From positions 11,204 to 75,203 of the forward strand of contig JBJEWA010000110.1 of assembly GCA_051884805.1 (NCBI GenBank): a stretch of DNA of 64,000 nucleotides. The letters are read 5' to 3'. Shown piece by piece: positions 12,087 to 22,079 of this stretch (position 1 is the stretch's first letter; each line of letters opens with the position of its first letter). Under the pieces are notes generated by a model that saw only the letters and a program-made list of their open reading frames with translations, ran no database searches and was not told where the DNA came from. This DNA is from Kiritimatiellia bacterium (lineage in GTDB: Bacteria > Verrucomicrobiota > Kiritimatiellia > RFP12 > UBA1067). The position numbers and the translations under genes are program-made.

Positions 12087-15000
12087 ATGCGATCGATTGC
12101 CTTCATGGCGGCGGCGCTGGCCTTGTCGGCCGCGGCTGCGCCGCAGGAACCGGCCGACCGGAACCTGGTCCCGAACGCCGGGTTCGAGCTCGGCGCGGTC
12201 GGCTGGCATGTGCGGACGACGCGGCAGCGGACGGATCCGTGGACGTGCGCGGCGGTTTCGTTTCCGGCGGAAGGGGCGTGGCGCGGGCGTTCGCTGCGGG
12301 TTGACGTGCCGGAACGGAGCAGCGTCCGCATCGCGTCCGAATGCCTTCGCCTCGAACCGGGCGTCACCTATTTCGTGAGCGCGCGCGTGAAGGCCGCGAC
12401 GCCCGGCCGCACCAGTCTCGTGCTCGCCAGCCCCATGCTGAACCGCTGGTGGTCGGCGGGCACGAAGGGGACGGAGGTCTCGAACGCCTGGCAGCGCCTG
12501 TCGGGCGCGATCACGGTCGCCGAGGGGCATCACGAGGCGCTGCTGACCGTCGAGTGGAAGCAACCGGGCGCATTCTGGGTGGACGAGGTGCAGGTCTGCC
12601 GGGCGGCGAACGCCGGCTTCGCGCCGCGCGACCGGTTCGAGGCGGGCTTCGACCTGGACGACACCTATGGCTCGCCGGGTCCCCGCCGGCTGCGCTTCCG
12701 CGCGTTCCGCTGCGACGGGGACGGGGCGCGCGACATCGTGCTCCGGGCCGAGCATCCCGCGACCGGATGGCGGCAGACGCGGACGATGCGGATGAGTCTC
12801 GTGCGCGGCGTCGCGGCCGAGCAGGAGGTCGAGTTCGACTGCTCGCACTGCGGCGAACTGCTGCTTTCCTCCGACGTGCCCGGCGACGTCCCCGTCCGCT
12901 TCGCCGTCCTGCCGACAATCGCCGGACCGCTGCCGAAGCTCGGCGACGAGTTCTCGGTGGGCGTCAACGAGACGGGCGTCTTCCCGCCGATCGGCAGCTG
13001 GGAGCAGTGCTACCAGGGCGCCGGACGCAGCTTCGCCGAACACCTGGCGCTGCTGCGCGCGTGCGGCGTCCAGCACGTCCGCGCGTTCGGCGAGGACTAC
13101 CTGCAGCTGCCGGTCTTCAATCCCGACCGCGGCGTCTACGACGATTCGCGCCTGCAGCCGTGGCTGGACGCGATGGAGGCGTCCGGCCTGCCGTTTTACC
13201 TCGTGCTCGGCTTCGACCTGCACCGCCGCAAGGATTACGCCGGCTGGAACCACTGGAGCGCCGCGCGCAAGAAGGCGTGGTACCTGTTTCGCGAGAGCCG
13301 GCCGACGGGGCGGGACAGCCCGACGTGGCCGGACCAGTGCATCGAGTGCCTGCCGGACGTCGCCGACGTCGCGGCGGTGTGCGGCGAGCTCGCGAAGCGG
13401 TGCCGGGGACGGGTGGCCTGGTACGAGCTGTTCAACGAGCCGAACCTGAGCCTGTGCGACCCGCAGGACTGCGTCCGCTACCAGCAGGCGGTCTGCGCGG
13501 CGATGAAGCGGGCCGATCCGGCCTGCCGCCTCGCCGGCGTCTGCACGACGCAGGACTTCGGGGTGACCGGCGCGGCGGACTTCGCCGGCGGCTGCTTCCG
13601 GAACGGCATCGCACCCTATCTGGACGCGCTCTCGTTCCATCCCTATTCGGCGGCGCTCGACAACGGCCTCCAGCCGGCGGCGCCATTCCTGCGCGCGCTG
13701 GGGGAGCTCGTGCGTCCGTATCCGCACGTCGCGCTCTGGAACACCGAGTGCTTCTATCTCCTCAATCGCCGCGACGTGTCCGTCTGGCGCAAGCGGGACC
13801 CGATGTTCCTCCGGCCGCAGAACCTCGTGCGGCGCGCGCTCATTGACCTCACGGAAGGCGTCCGGGTCTCCTCGTCGATTCACGTGATGCAGCTGTTCCG
13901 CCCCCACTTCGCCGAGCTGACGCAACATACGGGCGAGCACTCGGGCTATCGGCTGACGCCGACGGATGCGGCGGTGGGGCTTGCGGCGTTTGCGCGGCTG
14001 ATGACGCGCGCGACGCCGGTCCGCTCGCTCGCGACCTCGCTGCCGGACGGCCTGTGCGGTTCGCTCTTCCGGCTGGCGGACGGGCGTCCCGCCGCCGTCC
14101 TGTGGGCATACGAGGACCGGCGCAAGTTCGTCGTGCGGACGGAGGGAGTCGCGTACGACATGTACGGAAACCGGTGCGGGCCGGAGGTCCTGATCGACGA
14201 GCGCCCCGTCTACCTCGTCGGCACGGGCGATCCGGAGCCGTTCTTCCGCTCGCTTGCGTTCCGGCACGAGCAGCCGGTCGTCGAAAACGGCCGTCGCCGC
14301 CTGGATGCGGACACTGTCGCGGTCGAGATCCTCGACCTGGTCGCGAAGACGGCCCGGACCGAGTTCCGCCGTCCGGTCGCGGGCGATCCGGAGCGCTTCG
14401 GGAAGACGCTGCGGTCGGGCGAGCGGGCTCAGGTCGGGCCGCTCGGCTTTTCGGTGTCGCTGGCGGAGGAGGGCGTCGTCGTCGAGGCGCACACGGTGGA
14501 CACGAACCGGTTTGTCGGCACCTGGCAGCAGCCGTGGACGGGCGACACGATCGAGCTCTTCTTCGACGCGAATCCCCATTCCGGGTTCGACCGGACGCGC
14601 GATGCGCCGGGGACGTTCCGGCTGTTCGTGCTGCCGCCGACGCCCGATCCGGCGGATGCGCCGGGACATCGCGCGCGGGGCCTCGCGACGAACACGCGCA
14701 AGCTCGACGTCCGCGGCATTGCGCAGCGCATCGACGCGGACGAGCAGGGCTTCGGCTGCCGGCTGACGATCCCGTGGTCGTATTTTGGCGGCAAGCGGCT
14801 GGACGCGATCGGCTTCGACATCATCGCCGACGACTTCGATCCCGTGACCCGGCGGCGGACGGCGGCCCACGTCTGGAGCGGCGACGACGCCAACTACGAG
14901 TCGCGCTTCAAGTGGGGCCGCGTCCTCGCGGACCGGCAGCCCGGCGCGGGCGCAAAGGCGGCGGACTGGCCCGTGCTGAAGACGTATGCGGGGGCGGCGC

Positions 15001-17252
15001 TCCGGCAGGTGAAGTTGCCGCTCGGGGGCATCGGCACGGGGACGGTTTCGCTGTCGGGGCGCGGCGGGCTCGTCGACTGGGAGGTGCAGAACCGGCCGGC
15101 GAAGGGCTACACGCCCAGGAGTTCCCCCTGGGCGCCCAGCTTCAATCCGTCCTTCGTGCTGCGGACGGAGACGGCGGACGGCCGGCAGTCGGCGCGGCTC
15201 CTGGAAGGTCCGCTTTATCCGGACGAGTACGAGGGCGACATGGGCTGCCGCGCGCCGAATCAGGGGTTTCCGCGTTTCGCCAAGACGGTCTTCAAGGCGG
15301 CGTATCCGCTGGGAATCGTCGAGTTCGACGACCCGAAGGTGCCGCTTGCGGTGAAGCTGGAGGCGATGAATCCGCTGATTCCCGGGGACGCGGACGCCAG
15401 CGGCATCCCCGCCGTCCTCCTGCGGTGGCGGCTCCGGAATCCGACGGACCGCGCCGTGCGGGCCTCGATCGCGGCGACGGTGGTCAATTTCGCGGGGATC
15501 AGCCCGGGGCGCAACCCGCGCGCCGGGCTGGCGGACCTCCGGGAGCTGGTCTGCCGCACGAACGGGCTTGCCGGCGTGGTGCTGGCGGGCAAGAATCGGC
15601 AGAGCGCGGTGCATCCGTCGGATGGCGAATGCGCCATCTTCGCGCCCGAGGCGGCGGGGTCGGTGACGGTGGCGGCCGACCTCCGCGAGCCGGGCTGGGG
15701 CGTGGCGATGGACCGCGCCTGGTCGCGTCTGGTCGCGCGGGGCGACGTCGGCGACACGGCGCAGGACGACACGACGGCGACGCAGCCGACGCATCTCGCG
15801 CAGCTGTGCGTCGCGGTCGGGCTGAATCCCGGCGAGGAGAAGGAAGTGCCGTTTGTCCTCGCCTGGCGTTTCCCGAACCGCATGAAATGGCACTGGGACG
15901 AAGCGAATCCGCGGCCGGAGGACTGCGTCGGCAATTGGTATGCGACGCGCTATCCGACGGCGGCGTCCGCCGCCGTGCGCCTGTGGTCCGCGCTGCCGGC
16001 GCTGGAGGCCGGGACGGTCGCCTTCGTGAAGGCGGTGCTGGCGCGGGCGGCGCCCGACGTCGTGAAGGAAGCGGCGCTCTTCAACCTCTCGACCCTGCGC
16101 ACCGAAACCTGCTTCCGGACGCCGGACGGGCATTTCTTCGGCTGGGAGGGCTGCGCGGACCGTTTCGGCAGCTGCTTCGGCAACTGCTCGCACGTGTGGG
16201 GCTACGAGCATTGCCTCGTCGATCTGTGGCCGGATCTCGCGCGCTCGATGCTCGACAACGCCTTCGGTCCGCAGCTCAAGCCGAACGGCCATATGCGCTT
16301 CCGCGTCCTGCTGCCGCTCGCGGCGAACACGAACGACCTCGGGGTCGCGTGCGCGGACGGGCAGATGCAGACGATCGTCAAGGCCTACGAGTACTGGCGG
16401 AAGTCCGGCGACGACGGCTGGCTGCGGCGCACGGGCCCGGCGATTCGCCGCGCGCTCGCCTTCGCCTGGATCGACGGCGGGTGGGACGCCGACCGCGACG
16501 GTGTGATGGAAGGCTGCCAGCACAACACGATGGACGTCGAGTACTACGGGCCGAATCCGCAGATGGAGTTCCTCTACCTTGCGGCGTTGAAGGCGTCCGC
16601 CGCGATGGCGGACGCCTGTGGCGAGACGGCCTTTGCCGCCGACTGCCGGGCGCTGGCGGCGCAGGGATCGGCGTGGACGGAGCGGAACCTCTTCAACGGC
16701 AGCTACTACGAACACCGCATCGTGCCGCCGCAGGGGAAGGTCGCGGACGGCCTGCGGCACCGCTCCATGGGCGCGAAAGACCTTGCCGACCCCGACTTCC
16801 AGCTCGGGGCGGGCTGTCTCGTCGATCAGCTCGTCGGCGACTACGCATCGCGGGCGGTCGGCCTCGGGCCGGTCGCCGACGAGGACCATGCGCGGACGAC
16901 CCTCCGGACGATTCTCGGGCAATGCCGCCGGGCGCCGGACGACGAGTCGTTCAACCCGATGCGCTCCTACGCGCTCGCGGGCGAGACCTCGCTCCGGATG
17001 GCGTGGTATCCGCCCGGGCGTTTCCCGCGTTCGCCGTTCCCGTACTACCGGGAGACGATGACGGGCTTCGAGTACGTGGTCGCGGCGAATCTCGCCCAGC
17101 GCGGACAGTTCGCGGCGGCGGAGCGGGTGGTCCGCGACATCCGCGACCGTTACGACGGCCGCAAGCGCAACCCGTTCGACGAGGCCGAGTGCGGGCACCA
17201 CTATGCCCGCGCCCTCGACGCCTGGAGCGTCCTGCAGGCCTGGCGGAAGTAG
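12087..17252 (+). CDS. Giant secreted glycoside hydrolase: CBM-like N-terminus, clan GH-A-like TIM barrel, CBM9-like module, C-terminal GH116 (GBA2-type beta-glucosidase) region
   Basis: Signal peptide MRSIAFMAAALALSAAAA at 12087. WYELFNEPN (clan GH-A NEP motif). TIELFFDANP (CBM9-like). LPLGGIGTGTVSLSGRGGLVDWEVQNRP (GH116 N-terminal signature). Confidence 0.85.
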   Translation: MRSIAFMAAALALSAAAAPQEPADRNLVPNAGFELGAVGWHVRTTRQRTDPWTCAAVSFPAEGAWRGRSLRVDVPERSSVRIASECLRLEPGVTYFVSARVKAATPGRTSLVLASPMLNRWWSAGTKGTEVSNAWQRLSGAITVAEGHHEALLTVEWKQPGAFWVDEVQVCRAANAGFAPRDRFEAGFDLDDTYGSPGPRRLRFRAFRCDGDGARDIVLRAEHPATGWRQTRTMRMSLVRGVAAEQEVEFDCSHCGELLLSSDVPGDVPVRFAVLPTIAGPLPKLGDEFSVGVNETGVFPPIGSWEQCYQGAGRSFAEHLALLRACGVQHVRAFGEDYLQLPVFNPDRGVYDDSRLQPWLDAMEASGLPFYLVLGFDLHRRKDYAGWNHWSAARKKAWYLFRESRPTGRDSPTWPDQCIECLPDVADVAAVCGELAKRCRGRVAWYELFNEPNLSLCDPQDCVRYQQAVCAAMKRADPACRLAGVCTTQDFGVTGAADFAGGCFRNGIAPYLDALSFHPYSAALDNGLQPAAPFLRALGELVRPYPHVALWNTECFYLLNRRDVSVWRKRDPMFLRPQNLVRRALIDLTEGVRVSSSIHVMQLFRPHFAELTQHTGEHSGYRLTPTDAAVGLAAFARLMTRATPVRSLATSLPDGLCGSLFRLADGRPAAVLWAYEDRRKFVVRTEGVAYDMYGNRCGPEVLIDERPVYLVGTGDPEPFFRSLAFRHEQPVVENGRRRLDADTVAVEILDLVAKTARTEFRRPVAGDPERFGKTLRSGERAQVGPLGFSVSLAEEGVVVEAHTVDTNRFVGTWQQPWTGDTIELFFDANPHSGFDRTRDAPGTFRLFVLPPTPDPADAPGHRARGLATNTRKLDVRGIAQRIDADEQGFGCRLTIPWSYFGGKRLDAIGFDIIADDFDPVTRRRTAAHVWSGDDANYESRFKWGRVLADRQPGAGAKAADWPVLKTYAGAALRQVKLPLGGIGTGTVSLSGRGGLVDWEVQNRPAKGYTPRSSPWAPSFNPSFVLRTETADGRQSARLLEGPLYPDEYEGDMGCRAPNQGFPRFAKTVFKAAYPLGIVEFDDPKVPLAVKLEAMNPLIPGDADASGIPAVLLRWRLRNPTDRAVRASIAATVVNFAGISPGRNPRAGLADLRELVCRTNGLAGVVLAGKNRQSAVHPSDGECAIFAPEAAGSVTVAADLREPGWGVAMDRAWSRLVARGDVGDTAQDDTTATQPTHLAQLCVAVGLNPGEEKEVPFVLAWRFPNRMKWHWDEANPRPEDCVGNWYATRYPTAASAAVRLWSALPALEAGTVAFVKAVLARAAPDVVKEAALFNLSTLRTETCFRTPDGHFFGWEGCADRFGSCFGNCSHVWGYEHCLVDLWPDLARSMLDNAFGPQLKPNGHMRFRVLLPLAANTNDLGVACADGQMQTIVKAYEYWRKSGDDGWLRRTGPAIRRALAFAWIDGGWDADRDGVMEGCQHNTMDVEYYGPNPQMEFLYLAALKASAAMADACGETAFAADCRALAAQGSAWTERNLFNGSYYEHRIVPPQGKVADGLRHRSMGAKDLADPDFQLGAGCLVDQLVGDYASRAVGLGPVADEDHARTTLRTILGQCRRAPDDESFNPMRSYALAGETSLRMAWYPPGRFPRSPFPYYRETMTGFEYVVAANLAQRGQFAAAERVVRDIRDRYDGRKRNPFDEAECGHHYARALDAWSVLQAWRK

Positions 17253-17282
17253 CGGTGCGCGCGCTCCGTCCCGCCGCCGGTC

Positions 17283-17318
17283 GGGTAGTTGCCGCGGTTG
17301 TCTCCATTTCGGTATAAT
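17283..17318 (+). promoter_or_regulatory. Conserved GGGTAGTTG-box promoter (leaderless type), copy 3
   Basis: GGGTAGTTG 17283-17291 (TTGCCG 17289-17294), 18-nt spacer, TATAAT 17313-17318, ATG 17325. Geometry is identical to copy 2. Confidence 0.6.
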
Positions 17319-17324
17319 CCCGGC

Positions 17325-19670
17325 ATGCGCGCGAAGTCATTGTCGGTTTTCTGCCTGTTTCTCGCCGGAACGGCGCAGGCGTCGTTCATTTCGGTTCCAG
17401 GGGGGCGGAACGCGGCGTTCGAGACGGCGTGCTTCGTCCGGACGGTGACGAACCGCGCGGCGGTCGTGCGGGCGGTCTGGCGCACGACGGGGCTGGGCGT
17501 CTACGAGGCGTTCGTGAACGGTGCGCGGAGCGGGACGGACGTGCTCAAGCCCGGCTTCACCTCGCGCACGAAATGCCGGCAGGTGACGACCGAGGACGTG
17601 ACGGCGCTCGTGAAGCGCGAGGCGGGGGCGGTCAACGTCCTCTCGGCCTGGGTGACCTCCGGCTGGTGGCGCGACGCCATCATGGCGACGCAGGACCGGA
17701 CGAGCGCCTTCTGGGGCGAACTTGAACTCGCCTTTGCGGACGGCTCGTCCGCGACCGTCGTGACGGACGCCGCATGGCGCGCGGCATACGCGGGACCGGT
17801 GACGGAGGCGTCGATCTACACCGGCGAGGACTACGACGCGCGCGCGGACGTCGCCTGGATGACGACGGGCGCGGTCAGTTGGCCGGCCGCCGTCACCAAC
17901 GGGGAGTTTCGCGGCGAACTGCGCCCGATGGGCAAGGCGCGGGTCGTAGCGCGCGAGGACCTGGCGCTCGCGCCGCAGCGGGCGTACGTCTGGCTGGGAA
18001 CGCAGCACGAGGCGACGGACCGCTTCGGCGCGGTGTTCGTCCGCCGCGAATGTGCGGACGGGGAGGCCGTCTGGCTCAAGGGGTCCCCGGCGATGCGCGA
18101 AACGCTGGTCGTCGATTTCGGGCAGAACCACGCGGGCGTCCCCGAGTTCGAGTTCGAGGCGGAGCGCGGCGTGACGCTCACGTGCCTGCCGGGCGAGATG
18201 CTGAACGACGGCGAGGGCATCCGCAGCCGTGGCAACGACGGCCCGGGCGGATCGGTCTATCGTGCGAACGTCTGCCGTCAGGGCGGCGGGCGCATCGCCG
18301 AGATCCGCTATCGCTTCGCGGGCGGCGGTGTCGAGACGTACCGTCCGCGGTTCAGCTTCTTCGGCTACCGCTACCTGCAGCTTTCGGCGACGGGTCCGGT
18401 GAAGATTCGCCGCGTGCGCTCGATTCCGCTGTCGTCAATCGCGCAGGCGGACGAGACCCTGACCATCGAGACCGGCAATCCGGCGGTGAACCGCCTCGTC
18501 CGGAACGCCCGCTGGGGGATGCTCTCCAACTACCTCTCCGTTCCGACCGACTGTCCCCAGCGCAACGAGCGGCTGGGCTGGACGGCCGACACGCAGGTCT
18601 TTTCCGGCGCCGGGGCCTACCTTGCCGACACCTGCGGCTTCCTGCGCAAGTGGATGCGGGACGTCGCCGACTCGCAGCGGAAGGACGGCGCCATTCCCTC
18701 CGTCGCTCCGGAGGGGATGGGCGGCGGCTCGACCGGGCGCGTCGGCTGGGGCGACGCGGCGGTGATCGTGCCGTACCGGATGTGGCGGCACTTCGGACGC
18801 ACGGCGATCGTCGAGGAGTCGTGGCCGATGATGGAACGCTATCTCCAGTGGGTGTCGGCCCGCGAATACCGGACGTTCGAGAACGAGGGCCAGTTCGCGG
18901 ACTGGCTGTCCTTCGAGGACTACATGACGATTGACCTGCCGGCGGACTGGATGAATCAGCCCGAGATCAAGGCGAATGTCTTCGCCTACTGGAACTACCT
19001 CGGCGGCTGCTACTGGCTGTGGGACGCGCGGATGATGCGGGAGATGGCCGCCGCGATCGGGAAGGACGCGGCGAAGTACGCGGCGGAGGAGACGCGTGCG
19101 CTCGCGTACCTGCGCGGCAACTTCCTCGCCGACGGCGACCTGCTGCCGTTCATGCGCAAGATGCAGACGCCGCAGCTCTTTGCGATGAAGCTCGGGCTCT
19201 TCGCCGACGCGGCGAAGCGCCGAAACTGCCGCGACCGGCTGCTCAGGAACTTTGCGGACAACGGCAACCGGCTCAAGACCGGCTTTCTCGGCACCTCGAT
19301 TCTGCTGGAGACGCTTTCGGAGGAGATGGACGCGCCCGAAATGGCGTACAGCCTCCTGCTGCAGCGCGACTTCCCGGGCTGGCTCTATTCTGTCGACCAG
19401 GGGGCGACGACGATCTGGGAGCGGTGGAACAGCTACACCCGGGAGCAGGGCTTCGGCCCGGTCGGGATGAACAGCTTCAACCACTACGCCTACGGGGCGG
19501 TCGTCGAGTGGATCGCCTCGACCGTCGCGGGATTCCGCCGCGATCCGGAGCGTCCGGGGAAGTTTCTCGTGAAGCCGGTGAAGGACCGGCGCCTCGGCTG
19601 GGTCAAGGCAACGTACCGGACGCCGTCCGGCGAGGTGCTGGTCAGCGAATGGCGGGAACCGGCGCGGTGA
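17325..19670 (+). CDS. Alpha-L-rhamnosidase-like glycoside hydrolase (GH78)
   Basis: Signal peptide MRAKSLSVFCLFLAGTAQA. PTDCPQRNERLGWTADTQVF matches the GH78 DCPQR(D/N)ERLGWTGD signature. Confidence 0.88.
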   Translation: MRAKSLSVFCLFLAGTAQASFISVPGGRNAAFETACFVRTVTNRAAVVRAVWRTTGLGVYEAFVNGARSGTDVLKPGFTSRTKCRQVTTEDVTALVKREAGAVNVLSAWVTSGWWRDAIMATQDRTSAFWGELELAFADGSSATVVTDAAWRAAYAGPVTEASIYTGEDYDARADVAWMTTGAVSWPAAVTNGEFRGELRPMGKARVVAREDLALAPQRAYVWLGTQHEATDRFGAVFVRRECADGEAVWLKGSPAMRETLVVDFGQNHAGVPEFEFEAERGVTLTCLPGEMLNDGEGIRSRGNDGPGGSVYRANVCRQGGGRIAEIRYRFAGGGVETYRPRFSFFGYRYLQLSATGPVKIRRVRSIPLSSIAQADETLTIETGNPAVNRLVRNARWGMLSNYLSVPTDCPQRNERLGWTADTQVFSGAGAYLADTCGFLRKWMRDVADSQRKDGAIPSVAPEGMGGGSTGRVGWGDAAVIVPYRMWRHFGRTAIVEESWPMMERYLQWVSAREYRTFENEGQFADWLSFEDYMTIDLPADWMNQPEIKANVFAYWNYLGGCYWLWDARMMREMAAAIGKDAAKYAAEETRALAYLRGNFLADGDLLPFMRKMQTPQLFAMKLGLFADAAKRRNCRDRLLRNFADNGNRLKTGFLGTSILLETLSEEMDAPEMAYSLLLQRDFPGWLYSVDQGATTIWERWNSYTREQGFGPVGMNSFNHYAYGAVVEWIASTVAGFRRDPERPGKFLVKPVKDRRLGWVKATYRTPSGEVLVSEWREPAR

Positions 19671-21403
19671 TTGCGGGGCTGCTCCTCGCGGTGGCGACCG
19701 TCGCCACCGCGCCCCAGATCAACTCGGGCGAGCTGGTGGACCGAGGCGTCGTGCGCTTCACGGGCGTCGTGTCGTCCGTCATGCGCGACGACACCGACGA
19801 GAACTACAATTGGATGATCGTCCGCACGCCGCAGGGCAAGGCCTGCGCGGCGGTGGCGGAGCGCATCTGGCCGATCGTCCGCCTCCGGGAGCTGTGCGAC
19901 GCGGAAGTCGAGCTGACCGGGTACGTGTGCCCGATGGTCAGCTGGCGCAAGTTCCTCGGCTGCCTCCTGGTCCTCGGCAGTGCGGACGCGCTGCGCGTGA
20001 TCAGGCCGGCGCCGGACGATCCGTTTGCGGGCGCGGCGCTGAAGACGGCTGCGGAGCCGCACCGGCAGACGGCCGTGGGGGCGGTGCTCGCGCGGACGTC
20101 GCGGCGCTTCTTCCTCCGCCGCACCGACGGCGAGTTCCTGCCGGTGACGCCGCTGGCGGGCGTGCCGATGCCGGCGGTCGGCACGGGCATCGCCGTGGCC
20201 GGGTTCGCCGACCGCGACAACCGCAACCTGCAGCTCGTCGAGGCCGTGTGGAAGCCGGCGCCGGAGGCCGCCGAGCCGCTTGAGCCCTGTGCGGCCGTGG
20301 GCATGGGGACGCTCTTCTGGGAGCACGGGCACCGGATGGCGAACACCAGCGCCTACGGACAGGCGATCTGCGTCGAGGGCAAGGTCGTCCGGACGGAGGC
20401 GGGCGGCCGGGTGTTCCGCCTGGCCGACGGCCGGGAAACCGTCGACGTCGATCTGTCAGGCTTCGGCGACGAGGTCCGGATGCCGGCGATCGGCGCGCGC
20501 GTCGAGGTTCAGGGCGTCTGCTACGCCGACTTCGAGAGCGACAAGTCGACCATCGTCTTTCCCCGCTTCCGCGGCTTCATCGTCATCCCCCGCGTCGCGG
20601 ATGACCTCCGCATCGTCGCGTCCGCGCCGTGGTGGACCGCCGAACGGCTGCTGGTTGTCGCCGCCGTGCTGCTTTTTCTCGTCGTCTTCTTCGTCGTCTG
20701 GTCCGTCCTGCTCCGGCGTCTCGCGGCGAAGCGCGCCCGCGAGCTCGCGGACGAGCGGATCGTGAGCGCCCGGGCCGAACTGCGGGTCGCGGAGCGCACG
20801 CGGCTCGCGGTCGAGCTGCACGATTCGCTCTCGCAGACCCTGACCGGCGTCGCGCTGCAGATCGATGCCGCGGAAAGCGCCCAGTCCGGGGGCGCGGCGC
20901 CGGACGCCTTCCTCGCGCGGGCGCGGCGGTTGCTCGACGCCTGCCGTCAGGAGCTGCGCGGCTGTCTCTGGGACTTGCGGGTCCGGACCTTCGACGAGCA
21001 GGATCTGACGGAGGCCATCGTCCGGAGCGTTTCGCCGCAGGTCGGCACGGCCGCGCTGACGGTCCGGTTCAACGTGCCGCGGGCGGAGCTCTCCGAGGAG
21101 AAGGTGCACGCGATCCTCAAGATCGTCCGCGAGCTGACGTCCAACGCGATGACCCACGGAAGGGCGACGCACGTGCGCGTGGCGGGCGAACGGCATGGCG
21201 ACGTCGTGACCTTCGCGGTGACGGACGACGGCGACGGATTCGATCCGGCGACGGCGCCGGGCCCGCAGGACGGGCATTTCGGGCTGCAGTGCGTCCGCGA
21301 GCGTCTCGGGGACTTCGACGGCGCGCTGTCCGTCGAGAGCGCTCCGGGCCGCGGAACGCGGGTCGTGGCGAAACTCAGGGTGAAGGATGCGGTGACGGAA
21401 TGA
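19649..21403 (+). CDS. Sensor histidine kinase (HisKA_3 / NarX-type) with periplasmic OB-fold-like repeats
   Basis: The start overlaps the GH78 stop (ATG 19649; alternative GTG 19667). TM segments AVIAGLLLAVATVA and LLVVAAVLLFLVVFFVVWSVLL. H-box LAVELHDSLSQTL. HATPase_c with DDGDGF and GLQCVRERL. Confidence 0.85.
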   Translation: MAGTGAVIAGLLLAVATVATAPQINSGELVDRGVVRFTGVVSSVMRDDTDENYNWMIVRTPQGKACAAVAERIWPIVRLRELCDAEVELTGYVCPMVSWRKFLGCLLVLGSADALRVIRPAPDDPFAGAALKTAAEPHRQTAVGAVLARTSRRFFLRRTDGEFLPVTPLAGVPMPAVGTGIAVAGFADRDNRNLQLVEAVWKPAPEAAEPLEPCAAVGMGTLFWEHGHRMANTSAYGQAICVEGKVVRTEAGGRVFRLADGRETVDVDLSGFGDEVRMPAIGARVEVQGVCYADFESDKSTIVFPRFRGFIVIPRVADDLRIVASAPWWTAERLLVVAAVLLFLVVFFVVWSVLLRRLAAKRARELADERIVSARAELRVAERTRLAVELHDSLSQTLTGVALQIDAAESAQSGGAAPDAFLARARRLLDACRQELRGCLWDLRVRTFDEQDLTEAIVRSVSPQVGTAALTVRFNVPRAELSEEKVHAILKIVRELTSNAMTHGRATHVRVAGERHGDVVTFAVTDDGDGFDPATAPGPQDGHFGLQCVRERLGDFDGALSVESAPGRGTRVVAKLRVKDAVTE

Positions 21404-22026
21404 AAAGCGGCAGAAAGATTCGGGTATTGCTGGCGGACGACCATCTGGTCGTGCGGATCGGGCTTTCGGACATCCTCTCCTTCGAGCCGGACATCGAGGT
21501 CGTCGGCGAGGCGTCGGACGGTGCGGAGGCGGTCCGGAAGGCGATGGCGCTCAAGCCGGACGTGGTCGTCATGGACCTCATGATGCCGAAGCTGGACGGG
21601 GCGGCGGCGACGGAGCAGATCCGCGCGGTCAACCCGGCGACGCGGATTCTCGTGCTGACGACGTTCGGCGGTTCCGAAGAGATGCGCCGGGCGCTGGCGG
21701 TCGGGGCGGCGGGCGCGCTCGTGAAGGGGGCTTCGAAGCCGGAGCTTCTCGGGGCGATCCGGCGGCTGGCCTCCGGCGGGACGGTGATCAGCCCGGAAAT
21801 CGCCCGTTCGCTCGAACTGCAGCCGGCGGCGGCGCTCTCGGACCGGCAGCTTGAGGTGCTGGGCTTGGCGGCGAAGGGCCTCAGCAACCGGGAGATCGCC
21901 GGACTGCTCGGCGTCTCGCTCGACTGCGTCAAGGAGCATCTGAAGCTCGTCTTCTCCCGCCTGGACGCCACGACGCGCACCGAGGCCGTGGCCATTGCCG
22001 TCGCCCGCGGGCTCATCCGGCTCTGA
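21400..22026 (+). CDS. NarL/LuxR-family response regulator
   Basis: ATGA overlap with the kinase stop. Receiver domain (LLADDH, VVVMDLMMPKLDG) plus a LuxR HTH (LSDRQLEVLGLAAKGLSNREIAGLLGVS). Confidence 0.93.
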   Translation: MKSGRKIRVLLADDHLVVRIGLSDILSFEPDIEVVGEASDGAEAVRKAMALKPDVVVMDLMMPKLDGAAATEQIRAVNPATRILVLTTFGGSEEMRRALAVGAAGALVKGASKPELLGAIRRLASGGTVISPEIARSLELQPAAALSDRQLEVLGLAAKGLSNREIAGLLGVSLDCVKEHLKLVFSRLDATTRTEAVAIAVARGLIRL

Positions 22027-22037
22027 TTCCGCCACCT

Positions 22038-22073
22038 GGGTAGTTGTCCGGGTCGGGACGCATGCGCTATAAT
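22038..22073 (+). promoter_or_regulatory. Conserved GGGTAGTTG-box promoter (leaderless type), copy 4
   Basis: GGGTAGTTG 22038-22046 (TTGTCC 22044-22049), 18-nt spacer, TATAAT 22068-22073, ATG 22080. Confidence 0.6.
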
Positions 22074-22079
22074 GGGCGC

